DNA of 47,370 bases, taken from IMG/VR virus record IMGVR_UViG_3300025645_000009, positions 1 to 47,370 of that record. One strand, given 5' to 3'. Positions 36,796 through 46,094 of the stretch are shown here, piece by piece (the first letter of the stretch is position 1; each line of letters starts with the position of its first letter). Under the pieces are notes generated by a model. It made no database searches. It was not told where the DNA came from and saw nothing but the letters and a program-made list of their open reading frames with translations. The DNA comes from a virus (taxonomy: Duplodnaviria > Caudoviricetes). The position numbers and the translations under genes are program-made.

Positions 36796-37569
36796 TTAAC
36801 CTTTCGGTGCATCGTTCGGAAACAAGGAATGCGCGACATCGACAGGTTTACCCGAGCCAGCAGCCGCGCCAGATGCAGGGTCATCTTCCGAGATCATGGC
36901 CCCCACTTTTGACATGAAACGAATAAGCTCTGGATGGTTGCCGCCACCACTCGCATTGAGATATTCTTTCAACGCGGGCGTTCCGAGTGTTTCAACGGCG
37001 CGGCGAGATGCAGAAACTGTGCTGTCCCACTTGCCCCCGCCGATCTCTTTATCGGCCTTCGCATCGCCCACCCATTTCTCGATCGTTTGACCCCAGCCCT
37101 CTTGCTGCGCTGCGGCCCGCTTGGAGATGATGTCAGCGTATTTATCGGACAGCTTTTGCGCTTGGCCGTTGGTAAGGCCCAGCTCTTTGAATTCGCCACC
37201 GAGCGCGTCGAGCATTTCCGCATCGACCTCGAAGCCTTCAGGCATGGCCAGATCATACTTGCCATCCTCTGGCACCACGTCAGCCTTGGCAGGATCGGCA
37301 GGCTTGGCCTTGTCATGCTCTGCCTTGGCCGCAGCGTTTTCGGCTTCGGACTTGGCGGGGTCAGCCTCGAATTCTTTCCAGTCGCCCACAGCAGGTGCAG
37401 GAGCTGGCGGAGCGTCAGGCTGCGCACCACCCTCTGGGGCTTTGTTATCATTGGGGAAAAGCACGCTTTCATCGCTTGCAGGAGCTGGGGCAGCACCACC
37501 CTCGACAGGGGCAGCGCCAGCCTCATCAGCAGGAGCGCGCAGGATCTCAGGCATCCAAGGGCGGTTCAT
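36796..37569 (-). CDS. Capsid scaffolding protein
   Basis: Acidic Pro/Ala-rich N-terminus, GGNHPELIRF..KVG..ISED; precedes the capsid gene. Confidence 0.8.
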   Translation of the reverse strand: MNRPWMPEILRAPADEAGAAPVEGGAAPAPASDESVLFPNDNKAPEGGAQPDAPPAPAPAVGDWKEFEADPAKSEAENAAAKAEHDKAKPADPAKADVVPEDGKYDLAMPEGFEVDAEMLDALGGEFKELGLTNGQAQKLSDKYADIISKRAAAQQEGWGQTIEKWVGDAKADKEIGGGKWDSTVSASRRAVETLGTPALKEYLNASGGGNHPELIRFMSKVGAMISEDDPASGAAAGSGKPVDVAHSLFPNDAPKG

Positions 37570-37772
37570 GCCGACACCTCTTTAGCGAGAATGGCACGGA
37601 CGGCAGCATCCTTGGCCTCAAGCAGCTTGCGCAGCGCTACCGTCCGCTCTGGATTGCGCGAGATCGTATCCACGATGGTCTGCGCCAGATCGCCAAAGGG
37701 CTTGCTGACCGCTTGTAGGTGCGGAGGCAAATGCGAATAAGCAAAAAATTGCATGATATGTTCAGTCGGCAT
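37566..37772 (-). CDS. Small helical-hairpin protein, possibly Acb2/Tad1-like
   Basis: FAYSHLPPHLQ...ERTVALRKLLEAKDAAVRA; resemblance judged by eye. Confidence 0.6.
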   Translation of the reverse strand: MPTEHIMQFFAYSHLPPHLQAVSKPFGDLAQTIVDTISRNPERTVALRKLLEAKDAAVRAILAKEVSA

Positions 37773-38082
37773 TTTCATCATCCTCATACTGGGTTTCGCT
37801 TGGAGCCGCCGCAGCCAGCGCCATAGCCTTCATGTCAGCCACTTCGAGCAGCAGCGTCGGATAAGCGCGAGGGTCAACGTCGCCCATGCGCTCAATGATT
37901 TTCCGCCCGATCGACTGTTGGCCGAGGACGTAATTGGTCGCGTTGTTGTCGCCAGCAAAGGCGTCCCGATAGATCGCCGCTTGCTCAAGCACCCAGAACA
38001 GCACGCGCTTGCCCGAGGGGCTTTTCAGAACCTCTTGCAGCGCCGTGTTCAGATCAGCCTGATCTCGATCCATGCCGGTCAT
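37762..38082 (-). CDS. Bbp19-like head protein
   Basis: SPSGKRVLFWVLE....Y...F......NY..GQQSIG; between portal and scaffold. Confidence 0.75.
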   Translation of the reverse strand: MTGMDRDQADLNTALQEVLKSPSGKRVLFWVLEQAAIYRDAFAGDNNATNYVLGQQSIGRKIIERMGDVDPRAYPTLLLEVADMKAMALAAAAPSETQYEDDENAD

Positions 38083-38417
38083 CCCGCGAACCTGAAGATC
38101 ACCAGCCCGCACGACGACAGGAACCCGATCGTCATCAGTGCGATCGCCAGCCAATACATAGAGGCAGTGCGTGGCGCGACGGTCTCGCTCAGAGCAGAGA
38201 GGCAATAGATGTAAAGGAACACTGCGCCCGAGATCGTCACCAGCAGCGACAGCACCGCACGCGAGGCGAGGTCAGCATCACCGGCCACGACAAACGCGAG
38301 GCAGAGGCCGATCGGAAACGCCAAACTCAGGAAGATCAGCATCCAGCCGATCACCTCGATATTTCGGATCGCGTTCTCATAGATCAGTTGGTTAAGGCCG
38401 TCGTTTTGTTCGGTCAT
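38079..38417 (-). CDS. Three-TM membrane protein within the head operon
   Basis: Hydrophobic helices; ATGA overlaps at both ends. Confidence 0.7.
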   Translation of the reverse strand: MTEQNDGLNQLIYENAIRNIEVIGWMLIFLSLAFPIGLCLAFVVAGDADLASRAVLSLLVTISGAVFLYIYCLSALSETVAPRTASMYWLAIALMTIGFLSSCGLVIFRFAG

Positions 38418-40105
38418 CCAGAGATCCCCAATTTTTGCAGCAGCCCAGCGCCGCCCGCACGATCGTCAGCCCCAGAGAGCAGCGTTGCAGCCTCAGCCCC
38501 AGCCTTGGCAGCGGGCGCCATGGTCGCGGCCATCTCAGCGTTTTGCGCCGCCTGTTGTTGCTTGGCGCGATCGGCCCGAACCTTCTTGACCTCATCATCA
38601 GGCACGATGATCGATGGAGGCACGCCGAGATAATCGAAATACACATCGACAACCTGATCAGCGTCGATCTTGTCCAGCACGTCAGGCTTGACGCCCGCGA
38701 GGTTGCCAACGAACGACATCCCGCGCTCGATCGAGCCTGTCGATACGGCCTTCTGTGCCTGCGCCAATACCGAGATATATTCGATCTTGATCGTGCCCTC
38801 TTGCAGCTCAGGCGGTGGCGGTGGCAGCTCGCCACGACGGGCTAGGATCGCATAGGCGCGGTCGATGCACGGCTCAAGCTGATCGTTATAGATGTTCTCA
38901 AGCACTGGCCCGAGGGCGAGCAACTTCTCTTCCTTGCGCTCTGCAATCTCGAAACTGTTGCGCGGCTGAATGCCTTCCATGTTCGCGAGCATCAGGAACA
39001 GGTCAGCGTAAAACGATCGGTTGATCCGGTCCTGTGTTTCGCGGATGTCGGCTTGCAGCTCGCTCAGGCGCAGGTTGACTTCCATCGCCGCCCGATAGCC
39101 CTTGCCAGTCGGATCATCGACATAGGTGACAGAGCCAGGCAGCAGCGAGGCGGGATTGTTGCGCATGGAGCTAGGCCCAGTCATCGGAGGCCGCACCATC
39201 TTATCGATGCCTTCGAGCTTCCGCTTTTGCTCAAGCTGAAGCATTTTGATATCGCCAAGCGCGATCTGGCCAGGCGACAGCGAATAGTGATCATCGCCGC
39301 TCAGTTGCCACGCGGGCGCAATGATCGGGTTTTCGTCAAAGCCGCTTTCCTCTAGCAGCGTGCTTTCGTTGCCTTCCAACTCCCAATAATTCGAGAGGAA
39401 AGCTTTGTTCTTTTTGTTGATCTTTTCGGGCGATCTGGACATGCGAGGCTCGACCGCGTGGCCGATGTCAAACATGGTGTCATAAGTGCCGCCATCATAG
39501 AGCGTCTTGATGCGTTGGCTGACCTTGGCGTAGGTGAACCGTTCGACGATGCGAGCAACAGACCATCGGAACGTGCGATAGAGTGTCGTTGCGCGACCCT
39601 TGTGATCGCGAGCAATCCAGAACCGACCGTGCAGCAGCGGGATCATCCGCAGCACGCTTTCATTATCCTCGACCATCAGCGCGCAGGATTGGCCGAACTG
39701 GCCGAGATCCCCGTAGCCGATGTGAAACGAGCTATAGACGTTGGAGGCGTTGAACACTTGGCGCATCCGATCCTCGACCGCGGATAGATATTCCTTGACC
39801 GCCGAGTTGTCTTTCATTGCCTTGTCGGCAGGTGCTAGACGGAACCACGGGCGAGCTGGCGAGGTGACGCCAGAGTGCATCCCAGAGGCCAGCGTCAGAT
39901 GCGCAAACGTGCCAGTGCTGTCGAGGATGGACTTGCGCTCGATCGGCCCCTCATTGCCAGACAGCAGCCGCAGCCGTGTAGGCTCGATGTATTCCGCAAG
40001 GGATGACCACAAGCCTTCCCACGGCTGGCGAACCTGCTTCAGCTCTTCAAACCGGCGCCGGTGATATGCCACCTGTGTTTCATTGCGAGCCGAACCAACG
40101 TTCAT
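38414..40105 (-). CDS. Portal (head-tail connector)
   Basis: LASGMHSGVTSPARPWFRL, EIAERKEEKL..LGPVLE, IEYISVLAQAQK. Confidence 0.93.
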   Translation of the reverse strand: MNVGSARNETQVAYHRRRFEELKQVRQPWEGLWSSLAEYIEPTRLRLLSGNEGPIERKSILDSTGTFAHLTLASGMHSGVTSPARPWFRLAPADKAMKDNSAVKEYLSAVEDRMRQVFNASNVYSSFHIGYGDLGQFGQSCALMVEDNESVLRMIPLLHGRFWIARDHKGRATTLYRTFRWSVARIVERFTYAKVSQRIKTLYDGGTYDTMFDIGHAVEPRMSRSPEKINKKNKAFLSNYWELEGNESTLLEESGFDENPIIAPAWQLSGDDHYSLSPGQIALGDIKMLQLEQKRKLEGIDKMVRPPMTGPSSMRNNPASLLPGSVTYVDDPTGKGYRAAMEVNLRLSELQADIRETQDRINRSFYADLFLMLANMEGIQPRNSFEIAERKEEKLLALGPVLENIYNDQLEPCIDRAYAILARRGELPPPPPELQEGTIKIEYISVLAQAQKAVSTGSIERGMSFVGNLAGVKPDVLDKIDADQVVDVYFDYLGVPPSIIVPDDEVKKVRADRAKQQQAAQNAEMAATMAPAAKAGAEAATLLSGADDRAGGAGLLQKLGISG

Positions 40106-40309
40106 TTACTCACCCAACAGCGTTTTCTTGGCCGTCGATGCCGAGGACGTGACGCCAGAGCCCGAGGTCAGGACAGTGCCAGCAGCAGAGCGAGCCTGAT
40201 CTGACGCCCGCGTGCCTTGCGCAGTCACCGCGTCTTTCGTGGGCGTCGAGGCGACCGAACGCTCTGGGGCGATCACAGGATCAGCGACTTTCGGGGTGGA
40301 CATACACAT
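40106..40309 (-). CDS. Small virion-associated protein, paralogue B (T7 gp7.3-like position)
   Basis: MC start, TVLTSGSG...KKTLLGE end. Confidence 0.8.
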   Translation of the reverse strand: MCMSTPKVADPVIAPERSVASTPTKDAVTAQGTRASDQARSAAGTVLTSGSGVTSSASTAKKTLLGE

Positions 40310-40348
40310 GTTGGATCACCAGACGTTTATGATTGAATAGCCGTTGCC

Positions 40349-40389
40349 ATCCACTTGTGCAGTCGAATGGTTTCCGCCGCCAACAGTGC
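40349..40389. repeat. 41-bp exact copy of sequence near the terL 3' end (40645-40685)
   Basis: atccacttgtgcagtcgaatggtttccgccgccaacagtgc at both sites. Confidence 0.95.
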
Positions 40390-40393
40390 GGCT

Positions 40394-40603
40394 TTACTCA
40401 CCCAACAGCGTTTTCTTTCCAGTTGCAGCAGTAGACGAAAGACCAGAGCCAGAAGTCAGGACCGTCGCAGCGGACGATCTCAAGCCAGTGTTGCTATTCC
40501 CGCGAGCTGCGGTGGCAGATGATAGTTTTGGCTGAGATTGAGATGCAGACCCGTAAGCCTTGGCTTGAACCTCTGAAACAGCAGCTTTCATTACTGAACA
40601 CAT
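40394..40603 (-). CDS. Small virion-associated protein, paralogue A
   Basis: Same TVLTSGSG...KKTLLGE end; 40393-40417 identical to 40105-40129. Confidence 0.75.
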   Translation of the reverse strand: MCSVMKAAVSEVQAKAYGSASQSQPKLSSATAARGNSNTGLRSSAATVLTSGSGLSSTAATGKKTLLGE

Positions 40604-40626
40604 CGATTTAATCCAAAACTTTAGGG

Positions 40627-42123
40627 CTACGAGAGCGGGTCATAATCCACTTGTGCAGTCGAATGGTTTCCGCCGCCAACAGTGCCGATCGGAATTGTGC
40701 GCTTGGCCACCGGCTCAGAGAACGTCAGAGCCAGCGCGTCCCCCTTGTTTGGCGACGGCAGGCCACGGGTTTTCATGTCTTCCTTGCTTTCGAGCTGGAT
40801 CTTGCCATCGAGGCGCGCAACGGTCTCGGGCCCCACGATGTCCTGATAAAGCCCCTCATCGGCAGGATCGATCGCGCCGCCCGCCTTGAGCCATTGCTTG
40901 GTCATGCCCCAGATCTCAGCGCGCTTGTTGAGATAGCCAGGGTCGATCGGTTTGCCCGAGAACCAGATCAGGCGCCACGATCGGCCCATGACATCGCCAG
41001 CGGATTTGATACCCGTGCCATAGCCCGCGTCGATGAACACCGCATCGGCCTGATGCTCGACCTCAAGCCTCGCGATCAGGTTGGCGACTTGGATGTCATT
41101 GTCGTTGCGCGGCAGGGTGGCGAGCGACTTCGAGTAGAGCCCTTGGCGCAGGAATATCTCAAGGCTGTCATCGCCCGACCACGCGGGGTCAACGCCGATG
41201 ATCACGGGCGCGAATTTGTATTGCTCTGGACGCAGGTGACGATCGCGTGCTGCGTCTGCATCGACGGCGCTGATGAACTGCATGGCTGATTGGCTCGGGA
41301 ATTGGCCGCGAACGCGGACTTTGACGTAATCGCTATCCTCGCCGTGGTCATCGACCATTTGCTGCAAGAATTGCTTGTTAGTGCCTGGCACTGTGCGGCT
41401 GTCGATCTGGAACGTTTTCCACCGGTGACGATAGCGCCGGAAGCACTCACGGAAGCGGCCAGAGTTGCGGGTAGGGTTGCCGTAGACGATGAAGATGATC
41501 ACCGTATTTTCATCGGTCAGCGCGCCCTCTGCGACTTCCCAGACCTTATCTGCGATCTTGGACGCCTCATCGAATTCGAGGATGATGATGCGGCCCTCAT
41601 TGTGCAGGCCAGCAAAGGCTTCGGTGTTATGCTCGGACCACGGGATGAAATCCTGTCGCCAGCTATCGGAGCGCGTCTTGTCGCGGGACTTGATCGAGGT
41701 GGCTTGCACGTCGAACCAGTGCGATGTGAGCGCCATGCGGAACCACTTGCCGATCTCTGGCGCGGTCTTGGTCGAGAGCTGGCCGAGGGTGTTAGCTGTG
41801 GTGACGATCTTGGCGTCATCCCAGCAGCTCATCGCCCAGTTCGACAGCATCCCCATCGATGCCGACTTGCCGATGCCGTGACCTGACGAGACGGCGATCC
41901 GCAGTGGCTGATAGCGCGTGGCTGGATCCGCGAGATGGTCGCGGATGGTGCTGAAGATGTCTGTCTGCCATTGGCGCGGCCCCTCATGCTTGGCCAGCTC
42001 GCCTTGCCCCCAGTCCCATGCCAGCATTGACCATCGCACTGGATCAAACCGGCACGACGCGGCCAGGTCGATGATCTGGTCATCGAGATCTGGCCCGCCA
42101 TTGTGCTTTCGATCACTCGACAC
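40627..42123 (-). CDS. terL: Terminase large subunit
   Basis: SGHGIGKS Walker A, FDEAS Walker B, GNPTRNSG, GVDPA, SPNKGDAL. Confidence 0.95.
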   Translation of the reverse strand: MSSDRKHNGGPDLDDQIIDLAASCRFDPVRWSMLAWDWGQGELAKHEGPRQWQTDIFSTIRDHLADPATRYQPLRIAVSSGHGIGKSASMGMLSNWAMSCWDDAKIVTTANTLGQLSTKTAPEIGKWFRMALTSHWFDVQATSIKSRDKTRSDSWRQDFIPWSEHNTEAFAGLHNEGRIIILEFDEASKIADKVWEVAEGALTDENTVIIFIVYGNPTRNSGRFRECFRRYRHRWKTFQIDSRTVPGTNKQFLQQMVDDHGEDSDYVKVRVRGQFPSQSAMQFISAVDADAARDRHLRPEQYKFAPVIIGVDPAWSGDDSLEIFLRQGLYSKSLATLPRNDNDIQVANLIARLEVEHQADAVFIDAGYGTGIKSAGDVMGRSWRLIWFSGKPIDPGYLNKRAEIWGMTKQWLKAGGAIDPADEGLYQDIVGPETVARLDGKIQLESKEDMKTRGLPSPNKGDALALTFSEPVAKRTIPIGTVGGGNHSTAQVDYDPLS

Positions 42124-42667
42124 GCTTGCTAGCCCGCGCCAGTCGATCGGCCAGAGCGTCGAGCCCCTTGTGCTGCACGGTGTCTTGGAACGCGTTGACG
42201 TTGATGTGCTTGCCGATCAGCTCCAGACGCCGGATGCGATCGCTGATCTTGACGCCAACAACCTCGCCCATCTTGACGCCATCCACCGATGTCTCGCTTG
42301 TCGTGATGCCTGCAACGAGGCCCTGACGCCAGATCTTGGGCCACTCATGGACGGGCTTGAGATTGCCATCAGCCGCGTAGATATCCGCGACATCAGCCTG
42401 CGCTTCTTCGGCCAGTCTGGACAGCAGCCAGTCGGCATTGATCTTGAGCCGTTCCGACCTGTCGATCGTCAATTCCGTGAGAGCTTGCTTGACATTTGGA
42501 TTAGCTAGGAGCTCGCAGCCTGCAACACTGAGATCCTTGGCCTTAGACCCAGCTCTTCCTGCGGCTTGGGTTGAGTTCTGATCAAGCATGTATTCTTCGA
42601 CAAATCGGGCTTGTAGCTTTGTGAGTTTGCCAGCCATTTCACCCTCTAATTTTTGGTGCTGTGTCAT
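42113..42667 (-). CDS. terS: Terminase small subunit
   Basis: LT..QARFVEEY..D.N.TQAA.RAG; LELIGKH. Confidence 0.92.
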   Translation of the reverse strand: MTQHQKLEGEMAGKLTKLQARFVEEYMLDQNSTQAAGRAGSKAKDLSVAGCELLANPNVKQALTELTIDRSERLKINADWLLSRLAEEAQADVADIYAADGNLKPVHEWPKIWRQGLVAGITTSETSVDGVKMGEVVGVKISDRIRRLELIGKHINVNAFQDTVQHKGLDALADRLARASKRVE

Positions 42668-42688
42668 GGCTATATCTGGACGGTTGCC

Positions 42689-43032
42689 GTTGTGAAATCC
42701 CCAATTCTGACTAACGCACTAACAACACTAACGCACTAACATCACAGGGTTTCAGTTGCCTACGGGAAAAAATATTTGCATATACCCTTCTTTTTTTTCT
42801 CCTAGCTCCTACTCTCTTTTTGCTGTGTTAGTAGTAGACTAAAGTAATAAGTATAAGAAAATAAAGGGAAATATCAAATTACAAATGCCACACATCAAAA
42901 AACACAAATGGGGCGTTTGTGCGTGTTAGTTTTGGATTTTTGCCTAAATTTTGGGCAGTTTAAGAAAAACTCGAAACGCATTCCAATAACGGCATATATT
43001 AGTTTTTAAAAACTAACGTTAGTGCGTTAGTT
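42689..43032. other. AT-rich non-coding region with iteron-like repeats (candidate origin or packaging-control region)
   Basis: actaacgcactaaca at 42710 and 42727, inverted copy 43018-43031, palindrome 42999-43016, operator-like site 42689-42705. Confidence 0.55.
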
Positions 43033-43033
43033 A

Positions 43034-43077
43034 TTGACGGGTGATTTTGGGTGCTGTAGTGTTGTGATAAGAGCAAC
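43034..43077 (+). promoter_or_regulatory. Promoter TTGACG-17-TAGTGT with operator 43061-43077
   Basis: gttgtgataagagcaac overlaps the -10 element. Confidence 0.75.
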
Positions 43078-43101
43078 AGACACCACATCAGGAGCATAAA
43101 A

Positions 43102-43425
43102 ATGAACCCCTTCAAAGCCGCCGCGATCATCGTGTTTATGGCGGCACCAGCCGCAGCGACATCCCTCACCGAGACCTGCGGAAACATGGGCCGTTGGGCC
43201 GAGGCCGTGATGACTGCCCGCCAGGACGGTCATGAGATGAGTGACGTGATCAGGATCACGACCAAGAACGTCCAGCCGATCATTCAGGTGATGTTCACCA
43301 AGATCATCATCGAGGCTTACAAAGTGCCGGTATCCACCGACAGCGCCAAACGTGAAGCCGCAATCAACTACTTCAGCGACGCCACCGTGCGCGCCTGTTT
43401 CGTATCGTTTGGAGACATGATGTGA
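43102..43425 (+). CDS. Exported protein with signal peptide
   Basis: AGGAG RBS; MNPFKAAAIIVFMAAPAAA signal-like N-terminus; two Cys. Confidence 0.75.
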   Translation: MNPFKAAAIIVFMAAPAAATSLTETCGNMGRWAEAVMTARQDGHEMSDVIRITTKNVQPIIQVMFTKIIIEAYKVPVSTDSAKREAAINYFSDATVRACFVSFGDMM

Positions 43426-43838
43426 CAGAGACCCGCATCCCCAAACTCGTTCAGGGGCAGCGATACCCGTTTGATGACGTGACCGACGGCGACACGTGGA
43501 TCGTCGGCACAGTGCAGCAGAGCGAGAGCGTGCAGAACGCCTTTGCTGGCTATGCGAGCCGGAACAAGCTCAACCTGCGCGCCGTGCGTGAGACCATGCC
43601 TGACAGCACTGTGCGGGTCAGTTTCATCGCCAAGGACAAGGCCCCGCGCCCTGATCGTGCCCGATCGATGGAGGCCCGCGCCCGCATATTAGAGCGCCAG
43701 GTTCGCGAGCTGATCGAGGCATTGAACGCAATGGGCGCCGCGTTTGCCGTGAAGGCAAGCACCGATGCGGAGAAGCAGGCCGTTTCGCTGGCACGCAACA
43801 CCATGACAACCATTACCGCCGAGAGGGGCAAGCCATGA
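43422..43838 (+). CDS. Hypothetical protein
   Basis: GTGA coupling; RYPFDD...GD motif plus helical tail. Confidence 0.7.
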   Translation: MTETRIPKLVQGQRYPFDDVTDGDTWIVGTVQQSESVQNAFAGYASRNKLNLRAVRETMPDSTVRVSFIAKDKAPRPDRARSMEARARILERQVRELIEALNAMGAAFAVKASTDAEKQAVSLARNTMTTITAERGKP

Positions 43839-44230
43839 CGCAAGATGACCTGAAGATGAACGCCATGACGCAAGAGATCATGAACCTGATCAATGACGCG
43901 ATTTTCTACGATGACGGGTATAAGCGGAACCGCGACAATCCGATGCAAAACACGCATGCAGCCGTTGAAGCTGGATTTTCCGCATCCATGCGAAACGCCT
44001 GCTGCGATCTCCTGCGAGGCCTTGGCGTTGACGTGCCGAAACCGATCCACGATCAGCCAGATGCACTCAGCGACGCTCTGGCCGTGCTGGCAGCTCGATA
44101 CGCCCGCGCCCTGATGACGCCAGCCGAGATCGATGCAGAGCTGGCGCAGATCGCCGCCGATCGTGAGCGCAACCATGCACGGAATATGACGCCAGAGAGC
44201 GAGGGCTTGGCCGAGGGGAAACGGACATGA
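43835..44230 (+). CDS. Hypothetical protein
   Basis: ATGA overlaps with both neighbours. Confidence 0.7.
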   Translation: MTQDDLKMNAMTQEIMNLINDAIFYDDGYKRNRDNPMQNTHAAVEAGFSASMRNACCDLLRGLGVDVPKPIHDQPDALSDALAVLAARYARALMTPAEIDAELAQIAADRERNHARNMTPESEGLAEGKRT

Positions 44231-44712
44231 GCGCGATCAAACTGCACGTCGGCTATGTCGGAAAAACCCGCGAAGGCAAGCGGGTGGAGATTGTTCCAAG
44301 CAGAGTGATGACCACAAGCTACAAGGGCAGTAATGGGTTTTATTATCGAGATGACGGGGCGTGTCTACACGTAGGCCCACAAGAGATCATCGGCCCATGG
44401 GTAGACGCACCCGCAGCCCCCGCGCCCGACTACAACAACGGCGAATGGTGGGGCTGGAATGGCGGCGAATGTCCCGTGCATCCTGAGACAATGGTTATCG
44501 GCATTGATGAATGCGGAGCAAGGTGGACAAGCCGTGCAAACTGTAACGACTGGCCGTCATTCCACGGTGCTTTCCGCGTCGTCACCCCATACGTCGAGCC
44601 GCCGAAGCCGCCGAAGCCGCGGGAGTGTTGGATGGCGGAACGTGACGGCAAGATGATCGAGGTTCATTGCCACGTATCAGATGCAATCCACTTCCGCGAG
44701 GTGCTGAAATGA
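44227..44712 (+). CDS. Hypothetical phage protein
   Basis: ATGA coupling; WNGGECPVHPET segment. Confidence 0.7.
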   Translation: MSAIKLHVGYVGKTREGKRVEIVPSRVMTTSYKGSNGFYYRDDGACLHVGPQEIIGPWVDAPAAPAPDYNNGEWWGWNGGECPVHPETMVIGIDECGARWTSRANCNDWPSFHGAFRVVTPYVEPPKPPKPRECWMAERDGKMIEVHCHVSDAIHFREVLK

Positions 44713-44779
44713 CCCTCGCAATCATCGCAACCCTCGCGTTTGTCGTGGTCTGGGCGCTCTGCTGCGGAGGACGTGACGA

Positions 44780-45070
44780 ATGACCGAGATCACAACCCGC
44801 AGAGCTATTGAAATTTGCATGTCTCGCCTGCGCATGTGGGACGGAGTGAGACGCTTCATGGCTGACGCTTTATCCGCCGAGATCGCACGTGACAGCGGCC
44901 CCGACGAGGATGACATCGACGCTCTGCGTGCCGCTTTGGAAACTATAATTTCGCAATGCAGCGGACTAGATAATACCGCAACTAAGACCGTTCTTCTGAC
45001 GCGGCTCGAAAATATCAAGGGACGTGCAAGACGCGCAATACCAAAGAGTCCACGCTATGATCTGGGATGA
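44780..45070 (+). CDS. Hypothetical protein
   Basis: GGAGG upstream; operon context. Confidence 0.65.
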   Translation: MTEITTRRAIEICMSRLRMWDGVRRFMADALSAEIARDSGPDEDDIDALRAALETIISQCSGLDNTATKTVLLTRLENIKGRARRAIPKSPRYDLG

Positions 45071-45218
45071 CCTCGCAGCAATCGCCGTAGGCATGGTGAT
45101 CGGCGGATGGCCCCGCATTTGGACCGCGATTTACGACTGGCAAACCCGCGACCGCCGCACGCCCGAACAGCGCGCCGAGGACCAGCGGCGTCTGATGATC
45201 CAACCGGAGGATGATTGA
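45057..45218 (+). CDS. Small hypothetical protein with hydrophobic N-terminus
   Basis: MIWDDLAAIAVGMVIGGW; overlaps both neighbours. Confidence 0.5.
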   Translation: MIWDDLAAIAVGMVIGGWPRIWTAIYDWQTRDRRTPEQRAEDQRRLMIQPEDD

Positions 45219-45963
45219 TATGGAAAACGCAACTATTGCCGCATGGTTTTCAAATGGTGCGCCGTCCGCCTGTGCCGCAAAACTGGCGATTGAAAAATAT
45301 GGGGCTAATTCCGTGCGGGTCGTAAACAACCCCATCGCGGAGGAGGATAGTGACAACCTGAGATTTGCGGGTGACGTTGCAGCGTGGCTTGGCGTTGCAA
45401 TCGAAACATCAGCAAACCCGAAATATCCGACTGCCAGCGCTGTCGATGTATGGGACAAGCGCAAGGCCATGTCATTCCCGAGAGGCGCGCCATGCACGAC
45501 GCATCTTAAAAAGCACGCGCGCCAGCATTGGGAAAAACAAAACCCCGTAGATTGGCACGTGTTCGGTTTCACGCTTGAAGAACGGGAACGGCACAATCGC
45601 TTTACCCTAACAGAGCGGGAGAACGTGCTGCCCCTGCTGATAGATGCCAGGATGAACCGTGATGATTGTTTTGATATGGTCCGCAGCGCCGGCATATCCC
45701 TGCCTCGCGCCTATTCTTGGGGGCTGCCAAATGCCAATTGCCTTGGCTGCGTGAAGGCGACCAGTCCGACATATTGGAACCTAATTCGCATGGTTTCGCC
45801 AGAAGTGTTTGCGGATCGCGCAGAGCAATCGCGCAGGCTGGGGGCGAAGCTGGTGCGAGTTCAAAACAAGCGAATATTCCTTGACGAACTCGACGCCCGC
45901 GCAAAGGGCCGCGCGATTAAATCTATGCCCGATTGTGGCCTTTTCTGCGAAGAAAACCCATGA
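45211..45963 (+). CDS. PP-loop / PAPS-reductase-like protein with Cys motifs
   Basis: WFSNGAPS, PCT..LKK, GFT.EE..R, NANCLGCVK, CGLFC. Confidence 0.75.
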   Translation: MIDMENATIAAWFSNGAPSACAAKLAIEKYGANSVRVVNNPIAEEDSDNLRFAGDVAAWLGVAIETSANPKYPTASAVDVWDKRKAMSFPRGAPCTTHLKKHARQHWEKQNPVDWHVFGFTLEERERHNRFTLTERENVLPLLIDARMNRDDCFDMVRSAGISLPRAYSWGLPNANCLGCVKATSPTYWNLIRMVSPEVFADRAEQSRRLGAKLVRVQNKRIFLDELDARAKGRAIKSMPDCGLFCEENP

Positions 45964-46094
45964 CCGCCGCGATAATATCCGCCGCCGTTGCGCCCGTTGT
46001 GTGGGCTGCTGTGCGGCTGGCCCTGAACGTAATCCATGATCGGAGAATGAGATGAAACCCGCCGCGCAATTCATCCAAGCGTTTACAGAAACCA

